From Macrostomum lignano (Eukaryota), in NCBI GenBank assembly GCA_002269645.1, contig NIVC01000250.1:172650-236649 (forward strand): 64,000 bases of DNA, in the 5' to 3' direction. A program made the translations under genes and the position numbers. The notes below the pieces were generated by a model that was given only the letters and a program-made list of their open reading frames with translations, did no database searches and was not told the DNA's origin. Shown in pieces: positions 50,388 to 63,190 of the stretch; positions within the stretch are counted from its first letter, which is position 1; every line of letters starts with the position of its first letter.

Positions 50388-51742
50388 CCTGATCATTCAG
50401 TGAGTCACCCGCCACCCCCTCTGATCATTCAGTGAGTCACCCGCCACCCCCTCCCTGATCATTCAGTGAATCACCCGCCACCCCGTCCCGGATTATTCAG
50501 TGAGTTACCCGCCATCCCCTCTCTGATCATTCAGTGAGTCACCCGCCACCCCCTCCCTGATCATTCAGTGAATCACCCGCCACCCCCTCCCGGATCATTC
50601 AGTGAGTTACCCGCCATCCCCTCTCTGATCATTCAGTGAGTCACCCACCATCCCCTCCCTGATCATTCAGTGAGTCACCCGCCATCCCCTCCCTGATCAT
50701 TCAGTGAGTCACCCGCCATCCCCTCCCTGATCATTCAGTGAGTCACCCGCCACCCCCTCCCTGATCATTCGGTGGGTCACCCGCCACCCCCTCTCTGATC
50801 ATTCAGTGGGTCACCCACCATCCCCTCCCTGATCATTCAGTGAATCACCCGCCACCCCCTCCCTGATCATTCAGTGGGTCACCCACCATCCCCTCCCTGA
50901 TCATTCAGTGAATCACCCGCCACCCCCTCCCTGATCATTCGGTGGGTCACCCGCCACCCCCTCTCTGATCATTCAGTGGGTCACCCACCATCCCCTCCCT
51001 GATCATTCAGTGAATCACCCGCCACCCCCTCCCTGATCATTCAGTGGGTCACCCGCCACCCCCTCTTTGATCATTCAGTGAATCACCCGCCACCCCGTCC
51101 CGGATTATTCAGTGGGTCACCCGCCACCCCCTCTCTGATCATTCAGTGGGTCACCCACCATCCCCTCCCTGATCATTCAGTGAATCACCCGCCACCCCCT
51201 CCCTGATCATTCAGTGAGTTACCCGCCATCCCCTCTCTGATCATTCAGTGAGTCACCCACCATCCCCTCCCTGATCATTCAGTGAGTTACCCGCCACCCC
51301 CTCCCTGATCATTCAGTGAATCACCCGCCACCCCCTCCCTGATCATTCAGTGAGTTACCCGCCATCCCCTCTCTGATCATTCAGTGAGTCACCCACCATC
51401 CCCTCCCTGATCATTCAGTGAGTTACCCGCCACCCCCTCCCTGATCATTCAGTGAATCACCCGCCATCCCCTCTGATCATTCAGTGAGTCACCCACCATC
51501 CCCTCCCTGATCATTCAGTGAGTTACCCGCCACCCCCTCCCTGATCATTCAGTGAGTCACCCGCCATCCCCTCTGATCATTCAGTGAGTCACCCGGCACC
51601 CCTCTGATCATTCAGTGAGTCACCCGGCACCCCCTCTGATCATTCAGTGAGTCACCCGCCATCCCCTCCCTGATCATTCAGTGAGTCACCCGGCACCCCC
51701 TCTCTGAACATTCAGTGAGTCACCCGGAACCCCCTCCCTGAT
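50388..51742. repeat. 34-bp minisatellite, ~40 copies
   Basis: Unit tgatcattcagtgagtcacccgccaccccctccc. Confidence 0.95.
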
Positions 51743-52769
51743 TGCTTGCTATTTAATTCTGATGTGTTTGATTCAGTGCTACTTTATATGTTTTGTTAAA
51801 TATTTGTACAGTTAATCAAGCGCAGTCTCTCTGTCCCTAGCTGGGACGGGTTCTTTCTGTCAGCATGAGTGACTATTGACTAGTGACAGTTGCTGGTTGA
51901 TTGCCAGCTCACACCAAATCCAGTGAATCTTGCCACCCTGGTCGGTCACTGTTCAAATGTGTTTTTTTCTCTTTCCTGCTGTCCTGTGTGCTGCTTGGTT
52001 AATAATTGCTGTCTATATTAATTATTGTCTAATCGAGAATTATAAATTAACTATTCTAGTTGTCTCAAAAATTGTTTTCTTTCTGTTTACAACAATAAAG
52101 CTAATGATAATAGCATCTATACTTTATTTATTTGTACAACGCGAATACTTGATGCTAATATTTATATTTATATTTGTTTGTTTAAACTGGAACTGTAAGA
52201 TCTAGTGTTAATTATATTGAGAAAATTAGTGGCACATTTATAAATTATTTTAATTGACCAATGTCTGTCCCCAGTGCGTTGCCGACAATTACTGTGCGTA
52301 ATTATTTGTTTTAACGGCTTGCTTATATGCGGTTTGGTCACCCCTGCGAGTTCTACAAAATATAACAAAAGGCCATGTAATTTCTAATGAAAGTTCAGTC
52401 GCCTTTTTGTGTATTTTTAACTGAGTAGGCTTTCTTATCCGATAAATTTTATCAGAAAACGTTTAATTTATTTAATTGGTCAGGCCTTGACTAATTAACT
52501 AAATTGCTGTTTTTATGGTGTTCGCTTGATTTTTCCTATAGGGTTTTTCAATAGAACTGAACATTTATTTCAGACACGTTGAACTTGGTAATTAGATTGA
52601 ATTGGAAACCTTTTACTGAGGGTATGGTAGTCAGGGAGCTCTGCGCAATTGCAGACTTTTAGGCTGGCTGAGGAAGTAACTGAATTTCATAAAATTCTTT
52701 TAAGTATTCGAAATATCTTGCTTTTATTATTGCTACTGACTTTGAGAAAGGAGCCAGAAGGGAGAGTGC

Positions 52770-53140
52770 AGGTGAGATGGAGAGGGAGATGGATAGTGAG
52801 AGTGGGTATGAGAAGGTGAGTGGATATGAGGGAGAGTGGAGGGTATGAGAGGCAGAGTGGAGGGTATGAGAGGCAGAGTGGAGGGTGTGAGAGGCAGAGT
52901 GAAGGATGTGTGAGAGATAGAATGGAGGGTGCGAGAAGCAGAGTGGGGGTGTGAGAGGCAGAGTGGAGGGTGAGAGAAAGAGTGGAGGTTAAGGGAGGCA
53001 GAGTGGAGGGTGTGAGAGAAAGAGTGGAGGTGTGAGGCAGGGTGGAGGTTGTGAGAGGGAGAGTGGAGGGTGTGAGAGGGAGAGTGGAGGGTGTGAGAGG
53101 GAGAGAAGAGGGTGTGAGAGGCAGAGTGGAGGGTGTGAGG
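52770..53140. repeat. Purine-rich degenerate ~21-bp repeat
   Basis: gagaggcagagtggagggtgt variants. Confidence 0.85.
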
Positions 53141-53899
53141 GACAAAATAAGTTTTATACGGTATAAAGTAAGTAGCCAGTTCTACTAAAGTAAATTTGGT
53201 AGAAGTAAATATATAACCCTTTAATAGAATGTAATACATCTCTATTACATGTATTATGCATTTGGAATTGGCCAACATGTGCGAAGCCTATAAATTTTTG
53301 GATAGATTGTGACCGAATTTAGCTACTTAGCTGCGTAAACTACATGTAATTGATGAAGAAACGATAAAAAATTCAGGTGTTGGCCTACTACTATACAGTT
53401 CATGCGTGTTTTACCGGTATAGATTATTGCATGTTTATTCGACAGTTCAGTATTGCTGCATCTGAACATATCGCACAGGTGTGATGCAAATCTGCACTGG
53501 CAGTATTGCATATACACGTGTATATCTGGCTATGTGGCTACCGTTTCTCACCAAATTTGACGCAAAGTTTATACATGCATTTGAAGTAGTCAGTAGTGTT
53601 TGAGTAGTAAATTAAATAAAAAGCGAGTCGCTTTGATGAGTTCGTATTTATATTATGAAAACAATTTGAGTTTTAGCTTCTGTTCAGAATTTAACAGTGG
53701 TACTATGAAAGTGTAAGGCATAGTGTAAGGCACATTTTCAACACTTATAATAAATCTGCTTAATACATGTACAAGTGTAACTTATGTTCATTCAAACTTA
53801 CATAACTCTTGTGTTGCTAGCCAATACATTTAGAATGTACAATTAGTTGGCATTTGCAAGTACATGTAGGCTACATGTAAATAACCCTTTTCCCATTCA

Positions 53900-54496
53900 C
53901 TGTCTGTCACTGCCAACCGTCTGTCACTGCTAACTGTCACTATTAATTGTCACTGCTAACTGTCACTGCTAACTGTCACTGTTAACTGTCACTTAATTGT
54001 CACTGCTAACTGTCACTGCTAACTGTCACTGCTAACTGTCACTGTTAACTGTCACTTAATTGTCACTGCTAACTGTCACTGCTAACTGTCACTGTTAACT
54101 GTCACTTAATTGTCACTGCTAACTGTCACTGCTAACTGTCACTGTTAACTGTCACTTAATTGTCACTGCTAACTGTCACTGCTGACTGTCACTGCTAACT
54201 GTCACTGCTAACTGTCACTGTTAACTGTCACTGTTAACTGTCACTTAATTGTCACTGCTAACTGTCACTGCTAACTGTCACTGTTAACTGTCACTTAATT
54301 GTCACTGCTAACTGTCACTGCTAACTGTCACTGCTAACTGTCACTGTTAACTGTCACTTAATTGTCACTGCTAACTGTCACTGCTAACTGTCACTTAATT
54401 GTCACTGCTAACTGTCACTACAACTGTCACTGTTAACTGTCACTGCTAACTGTCACTACAACTGTCACTGTTAACTGTCACTGCTAACTGTCACTG
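53900..54496. repeat. 13-bp tandem repeat (ctaactgtcactg)
   Basis: Direct inspection; related copies at ~55196-55275. Confidence 0.95.
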
Positions 54497-54632
54497 CGAA
54501 GCTGTTGCAGCCTACGTCAACGTTCTGATGGACATGCAGGATGCTGACTGGTCTGCTGCATTTCACTCGTGGTTTCAGCGTATGGAAAAGTGCATAGGTG
54601 CTGCAGGCGACTACTTCGAACAGGCCTAGCGC
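54497..54632 (+). mobile_element. Mariner-type transposase C-terminal remnant
   Basis: EAVAAYVNVLMDMQDADWSAAFHSWFQRMEKCIGAAGDYFEQA* matches the W..R..KCI...G.YFE terminus of mariner transposases. Confidence 0.65.
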
Positions 54633-55277
54633 TGATTTTGATTTCTGAAGTTCAGAAGCTAGTGAGGCTAAAGCCTTTCGGAGTGGACCCTCGTATGCAT
54701 AGTTTTGTTATCTTTGTGAAAACACAACAAGAAATTCAAAAAATTGGTTCTGAATTTGAGCAATCAAATATGCCTGGCCGTAGATGGGAGTAGATTGAGG
54801 GACTCCACTTGGTTAAATTTCGGTTTCGGTGAGCACAGAGAATCAGTTGCTTCTGCCTCAGTACGAGTATAGCTCGTAATCAATTTTTTAATTTGAAGGT
54901 CGGTGAAAAATGCTATACCGTAGCCTGGTAGGTTGACTGTATAAGTGAAGTGAGTTGCTATATAGGTGAAAATAAATAAAGAAGAAGTCTGATTTTCTCT
55001 GTATATTTTTGGGCATTTGACGTTCCATTGTTTCTACTGAGTCAGTAGACTGTGAAGGAGAAGGCGTAAAAATATGTGAATTTTGTAATTAACGAAATTT
55101 CTGTAACGAGTCAATATTGAAAAAATCTGTCGCTCAAAATTCTGTTGTCTGTGAAGATTCTGTACAGATTCGTTCTCAATTTTCTCAGCGGGTACCTGAC
55201 ACTGCCACTGCCAACTGTCACTGACAACTGTCACTGCCAACTGTCACTACCAACTGTCACTGTCACTGCCACTGCTG

Positions 55278-58200
55278 TCACCTCCCGGAACCCGGCCGCT
55301 CCGGCAGCGTCGCCACCCCCTTGGGCAGCTCCTCGCCCTCCGAGCACACTTGATTCTCGTCCTCGTCGTCTTCAGTTTGAAATCCGCCGCCGCCGAGGCC
55401 GTTCCCTCCGGCGGAGTTCGGCGCCGAGGCCGTGTAGGAAAGAAGGTCGGCCCGACGCTCGTGGAAACCTTTGTTACCGCCGCCGCCTCCATCGCCACCG
55501 CCGCCGCCGGAGCCCTTGCGCCGCGGCAGCTGCTGCTGGCGACCGGAGACCAGCAGCTGATCGGCGCTTGTTGGCTGTGACTGCGCCGGCGCCGCCTGTT
55601 GCATCGGCAGCGGCGCCAGAACGGCGCCAGGCGCGTCGGCCGCGTACATCACTGAGGCCTGGTGCAGCACGGCAGCCTGACGCTGCGCTGTCTGTCGCAG
55701 GAAGCACTCATCTTTGACCGCGTGAAGGCTGCGTTTGAGTACGGCGAACTTCTTCTCCCAGGCCTGGTCCGACTTGCGGGCCTCAGCGCGCAGGCGGCCA
55801 ATCTGCAGTTTTCGTGGGTCATTTGGTCATTTTGTCATTGGGTCATTCCATCATTGGGTCATTTGGTCATTGGGTCATTTGGTCATTGGGTCATTTGGTC
55901 ATTGGGTCATTTGGTCATTGGGTCATTTGGTCATTGGGTCATTTGGTCATTGGGTCATTTTGTCATTGGGTCATTTTGTCATTGGGTCATTTTGTCATTG
56001 GGTCATTTTGTCATTGGGTCATTTTGTCATTGGTCATTTTGTCATTGGGTCATTGGTCATTGGGTCATTTGGTCATTGGGTCATTTGGTCATTGGGTCAT
56101 TGGGTCATTCCGTCATTGGGTCATTTGGTCATTGGGTCATTTGGTCATTGAGTCATTTGGTCATTGGGTCATTTGGTCATTGGGTCATTTTGTCATTGGG
56201 TCATTTTGTCATTGGGTCATTTGGTCATTGGGTCATTTTGTCATTGGGTCATTTGGTCATTGGGTCATTTTGTCATTGGGTCATTTGGTCATTGGGTCAT
56301 TTTGTCATTGGGTCATTTGGTCATTGGGTCCCCAAGTCACCTATGCCCAGCCCCCCATTCCCACCGACCTGCCTCCGCAGCTCCTCCTCGCTGCGCCTCA
56401 GCTTCTCCACGTCCTTCAGCTGCGCCATTCGCTCGGCGTTGTCTCGCCGTTCGGCTTCGAGCGTCGATTTAGCCTCGGCGAGTTCACGGCGAACGGCGCC
56501 GAGTCGCTCGTCGGCCTCCTGGCGCTCTCGATCGGCGGCCGCGGCGGCTTCGGCGAGAGCGGCGCCCCGCGCCTCGGCAGCGGCTTCGGCGGCGGCCTCG
56601 GCGGCTCCAGTGCCGGCGCGGCGCCGCTCGGCCTCGAGCTGCTCAGTGGCGGCCGCCCAAGCCTCCATCTTGGCGTCCAGCGCCGATTGCAGCTTCTCGG
56701 CTTCATCGCGAAATTTGGCCGCCTCCTCCAGAGCGGCCGTCTGGTGAATCACAAAATCGGGCAGGGGGAGAGATTTACTACTGACAAGTAGCGAGTGCAG
56801 GGTTTATAGAATTTCATCAAATATTTCAGAAACAGCCGTACCTTCTCCGCAGTCAGCTGATCCGTCAGCTGATCCGCCTTCGCCAGCTCCTTCTCCAGCT
56901 TGCTGACTGTCTTCTCCAGCTCTTCAACGTCGACCTTGGCCGGCTTCTGCTCCTGCGGCTGCGCCTTCGACTGGTGCGCCATCATCTGCTGCTGCAGCTG
57001 CAGCTCCGCCGACTGGGCCTGCTGGCGCTTCGCCGAGTCGGCCAGCTCTGCGTCCGCCTCGGCCAGGGCTTCGTTTAGCCGGCCAACTTCTGTCTGCAGG
57101 TTGGCCACCTGGGCTTCGAGTTCGAGCACCCGGTTGCGCAGCTTCCTGGCCGCCGCTGGGCTCAGCGACTCCTGCTGGGACGGCTGCGGCGCCTGCGACG
57201 ACGCGGCGTCCTGCTTGCGCTTGCCAAACCCGGAGTCGTACATGCGGTGCACCTGGGGCGGGGAGAGGCGATGATCGACTCAGATCCCAGCCTCCTAGCA
57301 TCATCCGATCAGATCCGCCTCACGACATCATCTCGGATCCCAGCCTACAGCCTCATCGCAAGATTCTATCCTCCCAACCTCATCTCGGATCCCCCGCCTC
57401 TCAACCTCATCTCGGATCCCAGCCTCTCAACCTCATCTCAGATTCTATACTCTAATCATCATCAGGGATCCCAGCCTTTCAACCTCATCTCCAGATTCTA
57501 TTCTCTAAACATCATCTCGGATCCCAGCCTCTCAACCTAATCTCCAGATTCTATCCTCTAAACATCATCTCGGATTCCTGATTCTCGACCTCATCTCCAG
57601 ATTCTATCCTCTAAACGTCATCTCGGATTTCAGATTCTCAACTTCATCTCCAGATTTTATCTTCTAAGCATCTCCCAGATTCTCAACCTCATCTTTCTTG
57701 GTTGAAAGAAAGGAAACTAAAAAACAGACGTTGTCCAAATGTGTTTGAAAAACATGTGCAGCAAGCTGTGCTAATTTTAGACTAAATTGACACCAGCCAT
57801 AGACTATTAAATAGCAAAGCTATACTCGTATGTGTAACTATATTTTGTATTTGGTGTCATACACGTGTAGTGCACTTCTAGGCGCCTTTGGTCACTGGTG
57901 TACAACAGCACCAACACACTTAGAAGAGACCTTCTGAGAAAGTACACGGATGCGATACAGCCTTCTCAAACCGATTTAAGGTAAACCGCGAGAAATGCCC
58001 GCCTGGCAACGGCAGCTGTTGTACTCATCTGAGTTCGCGAACGCCTAAAAGAGCCATGGCCGATCAGCAAAATCGAAAGTCCAAAACCAGCCGCAAGGCC
58101 TCGTTGGACTCGGTTCGGCCAAAGAAGCCGCCACGAGACGATGAATATGCTCAGCAGCCTCCGCCACCGACGCCTCCGTCGCTTCCCGTGTCGGAGTACC

Positions 58201-61200
58201 CGACAGCCCGAGCACTACACGCCTACACAGCCGAATCAGCGGACGAGTTGGACTTTAAAAAGGACGACGTCCTGGACATCATCAGCGACCTCAGCAAGGG
58301 CTGGTGGTACGCCAGACGGCACCGGGGCAACAAGCTGGGCTACGTGCCCAGCAACTACGTCCTGTTGAACAACGCGGAAGTGACCCAGCAGCCGGGCTGG
58401 ATGGAGATCACCCGGTCGGAGGCTGACAAACTGCTGCTCCAGCCGGGCCTGCCAGAGGGCCTGTTCGTGCTCAGGCCCTGCTCAGTTGGCTGCTACTCCA
58501 TCAGCCTCCGAGTGAAGCACCCCACCAAGCCCAACTTCTACTCAGTGCAGCACTATCGAATGTCCATCACCTCCGCCGGGCTGTTCTGCATCTCGCCGGA
58601 GGCCACCTTCCACTCTGTCGGCGAGCTGCTTGCTCACTACGCACAGACTGCGGACGGCATGGCCTGCAAGCTGATGAAGCCGTTCCCGCAGCCTCCACCG
58701 CCGCCTCCAGCGGACCTCAGCCAGCTCGAGGTGAACCGAGACTGCTTCGTCATGTTGGAAGTTATCGGCCACGGCTCGTTCAGCGAGGTGCACCAGGCCA
58801 AGTTCAACAACTCCATCTTCGTGGCGGTGAAAACTCTCAAGCCAAACATGGAGGCTGAGCAGAACTTCATCCAGGAGGCGCGCCTGCTTTTGAAAGCTCA
58901 CCATCCGCATGTGCTGCAAATCATGGGTGTTTGCACCGACCGAGAGCCGCTGTACATCGTCACGGAGCTCATGACCAACGGCTCCCTGTTGAACTATCTG
59001 CGCAAAGACAAAGGCGTCCTGCTGAACATTGAGCACCTCCTGCTCATGAAGATGCAGCTGGTGGAGGCCATGTCCCACCTGGAGAGTCTGCGGATTGTCC
59101 ACCGGGACCTGCGCGCCGCCAACGTCCTTGTCGGCGAGGACGCGAGAGTGAAGCTGGCCGACTTCGGTCTGGCTCGCGAGCTGGACGACGCCGGGTGTAC
59201 ACCGGCCAAGGCGAGAAGTTCCCAGCTAAGTGGACACCTTCCGAGGCCGTGACGAAAGGCAGGTTCACCGCCAAGTCCGATGTCTGGTCGTTCGGCGTGG
59301 TGATGTGGGAGATCGTCACCTACGGCGGCGTGCCCTATCAGGGCCTGCAGAACCGCGAGGCGGTCGAGCTGGTCTCCAAGGGCTACCGGATGCCGAATCC
59401 GCACGGCGGGCACATCCGGTGCGACCCCAGCCTGTACCAAATCATGCTGGACTGCTGGAGTGCCAGCCCAGAGAAGAGACCAACGTTTGCTAAACTGAAA
59501 GACCAGCTCAAGGCCTACGCGGCTGAAAAGCACAGAGCGTCGCGCAGACGCGTTTAAACAAAACGACTTATTAATTTGTTAATTTGAATCGTTCAGTTGA
59601 GTTCATTCTTCTCTTCGGCCGGGTTATTTCTGCTTTCAGATAATTTCTTCATTTTCTATTTCTCGTGCAAAAACATTTGCATAAAATTTTCTTTGTTTGC
59701 TTTTTGGTTCTTTAAATTTGAGTTGAAATTGATCGATATGTTTACAGAGAAGGTTCAGTTACATTCTATCAATGAGAGAAATTGACACTAGGCAAAAATT
59801 CTACTGCGTGCAAGCAATAACAGCGATGCCAAATTTAAGCATAAAGGCATCATCAGTACAAGGCTGTCAGTTTAAATACGGCAGGCAGGCACCAGTTTAA
59901 ACAAAGAGGAGCCTGTTTAAAAAATGGCGCCAGATTAAACAAAAAGGTGACTGTTTAAATATAATGGCGCCAGTTTAAACAAAGTAGCCTGTTTAAATAT
60001 AATGGCACCAGCTTAAACAAAGTGGAGCCAATTTAAACTAAATGGCGCTAGTTTAATCAAAGAGGAGCCTATTTAAATGAAATGGCGCCAATTTAAACAA
60101 CAGGGAGCTTGTTTAAATAAAATGGCGTCAGATTGAACACAGAGGAGCCTGTTTAAACGAAATGGCGCCAGTTAAAACAAAAAGAAGCTTGTTTAAACAA
60201 AGAGGAGCTTGTTTAAATAAAATAGAGGAGGAGGTCCTGGCTTACAGAATAAGCAGATTTTTCTTGCAACTCCCTGAGAGCAATCTCATTATTTTCTCAC
60301 CTTGATCACTGCCTCATCCATCTCTGCCCGATGCGCCTTCCGCGCTCTGTCCAGCTGTTTAACGTAGGACCTCTCCAGCCTGTTAATCTGCTCGTTCATG
60401 TGCGCCTGCAGGTTCACCGCCCGGCCTCGGATCTCCTCTTCCAGTTGGGCCTGTGGTCATGGTTTATGAGCGGTTAATGAACTGACTTTGTATGAGCAGT
60501 TAATAAACTGTCAGAGGTGATTTACAGCAGTGAGTGACCTGACTGAAGCTAAGGTCATAATAAGAAAAGGCCTATGAGCGGTGAATGACCTGACTCTATG
60601 AGCAAAGAATGGTGATGAACAGCAAATGACCTGACTCTATGAGCAAAGAGTGATGATGAACAGCAAATGACCTGACTCTATGAGCAAAGAATGGTGATGA
60701 ACAGCAAATGACCTGACTCTATGAGCAGAGAGTGATGATGAACAGCAAATGACCTGACTCTATGAGCAAAGAGTGATGATGAACAGCAAATGACCTGACT
60801 CTATGAGCAGAGACAATTTATTAAAATCAATTAACCTGCAGGTAGCCGCTGGTGAGTCCGAATTCTCGTTTGAGCTCGGCTGCCCGGGCCCTCAGCGCTA
60901 GCAGAGACGCCGTCAGCTCGTTCAACGGCCGGATCTCGCTGCTGTCAGTGTTGGTGGCGCGGTCTCCGCTGTGCTTGCCGATTTTCAGCTGGTCGGGAGA
61001 TGGCTGGCGGTCGGAAATCCTCCTCGTCTGATGACGAATCTTCAACTGGCCGCTCAGCTTCCTGTACCTGTGCTGGATCATCTGCGTCAGCTTCTTCCGG
61101 TTGCTTGACTGCAGCATCCGCATCCTCCAGCGGTCTCTGTTCCTCGCCATCGGCGGCTTCCGCTTCAGTCTCGTCTGCTTCGGCAATGGCTTGCGGGATG

Positions 61201-61252
61201 GCGCCGCGGCGCTCTTGTTATTGGCCGCCACAATGTCAATTGCGTCAGACAT
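55278..61252 (-). CDS. C10orf67: C10orf67-like coiled-coil protein (DUF4709/DUF4724-like), 5 coding exons
   Basis: Exons 61252-60836, 60450-60301, 57252-56842, 56740-56369 and 55802-55278, all phase 0 GT-AG. DQLKIG..DRATNTDSSEI..L.EL and WEKKFAVLKRSLHAVKDE.F.R resemble, from memory, the N- and C-terminal conserved blocks of C10orf67. Confidence 0.75.
55817..56330. repeat. ggtcatt-based 8-9/17-18-bp minisatellite filling an intron
   Basis: (gggtcatttggtcatt)n variants. Confidence 0.95.
57270..57690. repeat. Degenerate ctcatctcggatcc repeat
   Basis: Recurrent aacctcatctc(g/c)gat. Confidence 0.7.
58056..59557 (+). CDS. Intronless divergent Src-family kinase (SH3-SH2-kinase) with one frameshift at 59193-59195; gene or recent pseudogene
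   Basis: ORF 58056-59252 plus ORF 59195-59557; adding one G gives ~500 aa. ALHAY..WW..GYVPSNYV, FVLRPC, VAVK, HRDLRAAN, DFG, KFPAKW, SDVWSFG. Confidence 0.9.
59888..60222. repeat. 40-bp (2x20) minisatellite, ~8 copies
   Basis: Unit aatggcgccagtttaaacaaagaggagcctgtttaaataa. Confidence 0.9.
60586..60810. repeat. 41-bp minisatellite, ~5.5 copies
   Basis: Unit tgacctgactctatgagcaaagagtgatgatgaacagcaaa. Confidence 0.95.
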
Positions 61253-63048
61253 GGCTGCAGTTGGTTTGAGTTTAAATTTAATTTATTTAGTTTGAATTTA
61301 AAAGAAATGAAGAGTTAATTTTTTCAAAGTATAAGAAAGCCTTATAAAAATGTTGATAGAGTGAAAAGCTGAGGTTTTAATAGAATTTTTAAATGTTTAT
61401 TGCAAAGTAAAAAAATCATCACAATTTAACTCAATTCTTATCCTATATTTTATCAATTGAAAATGAAAAGATATTTTCATATTATGAATTTATCAAACTT
61501 CAGCATAAATGAAGTTAAAGTGACAATAAACAACTTCATTAACTTTCAGTCAGTAGACTTTATTCATAATATGATTACTTTTGTATTTTATTAGTTTCAT
61601 TCTAGCAAATTTGGTAATTGTTTTAATTCCAATCAATCTAGTTGGGTCTTGAACTTATTTACATGGATAAAATAGATTCCCTGAGAAGCTAGTTTATCAG
61701 AGTATCACGTTTTTGGAAATTTTGGTAATCAAAAAGTGTACAACACTTAAAAAATGAATATAGCTGCATAATTGTAGCTACTAAAATATCATATACAATG
61801 CTAATGAAAATGAAAAGTAATGACTTGCTATTCCATAATATTGTACAAGGGGCTCCTAATGACATTTGATAACATAATTCACAAATTACAATGACGACAG
61901 AGTGAGAAATTTAATGTGCATAAATGCCGGTAAACCTGGTGCAATTTGGCAAGAAGTTAATAACTGACCTAATAATATCTGATATCTAATATCTGATTTC
62001 GAACGGCATATGCTCAGTTCATGAGCTCAAATCTACGCATTGACAATTGTAACTTTGGCTATTTATTTTACAATATAATGGCTTCTGAAAGAGTAAATTG
62101 AATCGGTAATAAATTCACTTCGTTGTTATTGTAAACCAACTATAACAAAATATCATAACGTGGTGACAAAAATTTAGCAAAATCTATACAGTTCATTAAA
62201 AAAACTATTAATACAGAAAGTTTTGTTAACGTGGAAAATTAAATCAGCATTGAAACTAAATACTAGCTAAAACATGGATCTGGAGAAGACGGTATCACAG
62301 GGTAGCCAAAAATTGCTTAAGAATTGCTTTATAATAATAATTCTCAAAGAACTTTCAAATGCTCATTATACAACGAGTACCTTGTACTGTACATATTCGA
62401 TCTATATATCAGACTTCGTACATTACTCGTTACATTTTTAAGTGTGAAATAAGAAAGCTCCCTACTTGCAGCTAAGCATGCAGCTTGATTTAGCCAATAT
62501 ACATGTAGTTTACACGCTTGCATACAATTAGTAGTACACCTTGTATATCAACTCGACTTCACTCGAATTCATCGGCCGAAAAACTATATCGTATACCTTA
62601 GTACTATAGCTAGCTGTAGCGAGAAAATTTTTCCAGCAAAGTGAATCTTCTCGTCCTGCAAAGCATGGGCACGCGCTCCCCAGCCTCCTCTGAGCTCAGC
62701 GCCGAGTGTGGGGATTCAGTTAACTAGCCATATATGTATGCGAGCAGGCCATGGCAGACTGAAGCCCTTGCACCGATATGACCAGTAATAAGCAAAGCAA
62801 CTTTTCTACTCTCTCTAAATGCTTGACAGCACTGCGACACAATTTTGCTTGCGACGAAGAAAATTGGTTCACAACAATGTTGAGCAGGACGAACTTGGCG
62901 CGCTCGCTAGGGCTGGCATGCCCAAATCTCGGCATTATTAGTCTCCATCCACAATCGTTATGGCTTATATGTACACAACTGTACATTCTTGGCACCTCTG
63001 CAAAGTCCCACCTAAGTACTTGCATAGTCTCATCTTATCGCCTCGTAA

Positions 63049-63190
63049 AACTCCATCTTATCAACTTGTAAAGTCCCATCTTATCGACTTGTAAAGTCCC
63101 ATCTTATCGACTTGTAAAGTCCCATCTTATCGACTTGTAAAGTCCCATCTTATCGACTTGTAAAGTCCCATCTTATCACCCTAAGTCCCA
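63049..63190. repeat. 23-bp tandem repeat, ~5-6 copies
   Basis: Unit taaagtcccatcttatcgacttg. Confidence 0.9.

Noticed and set aside
52687-53278. LTPSTLP / HTLHS ORFs
   Set aside because: Low-complexity purine/pyrimidine repeat with no splice or domain support.
55662-56791. GHWVIWSL / VIGSF ORFs
   Set aside because: Repeat-derived and antisense to the spliced C10orf67-like exons.
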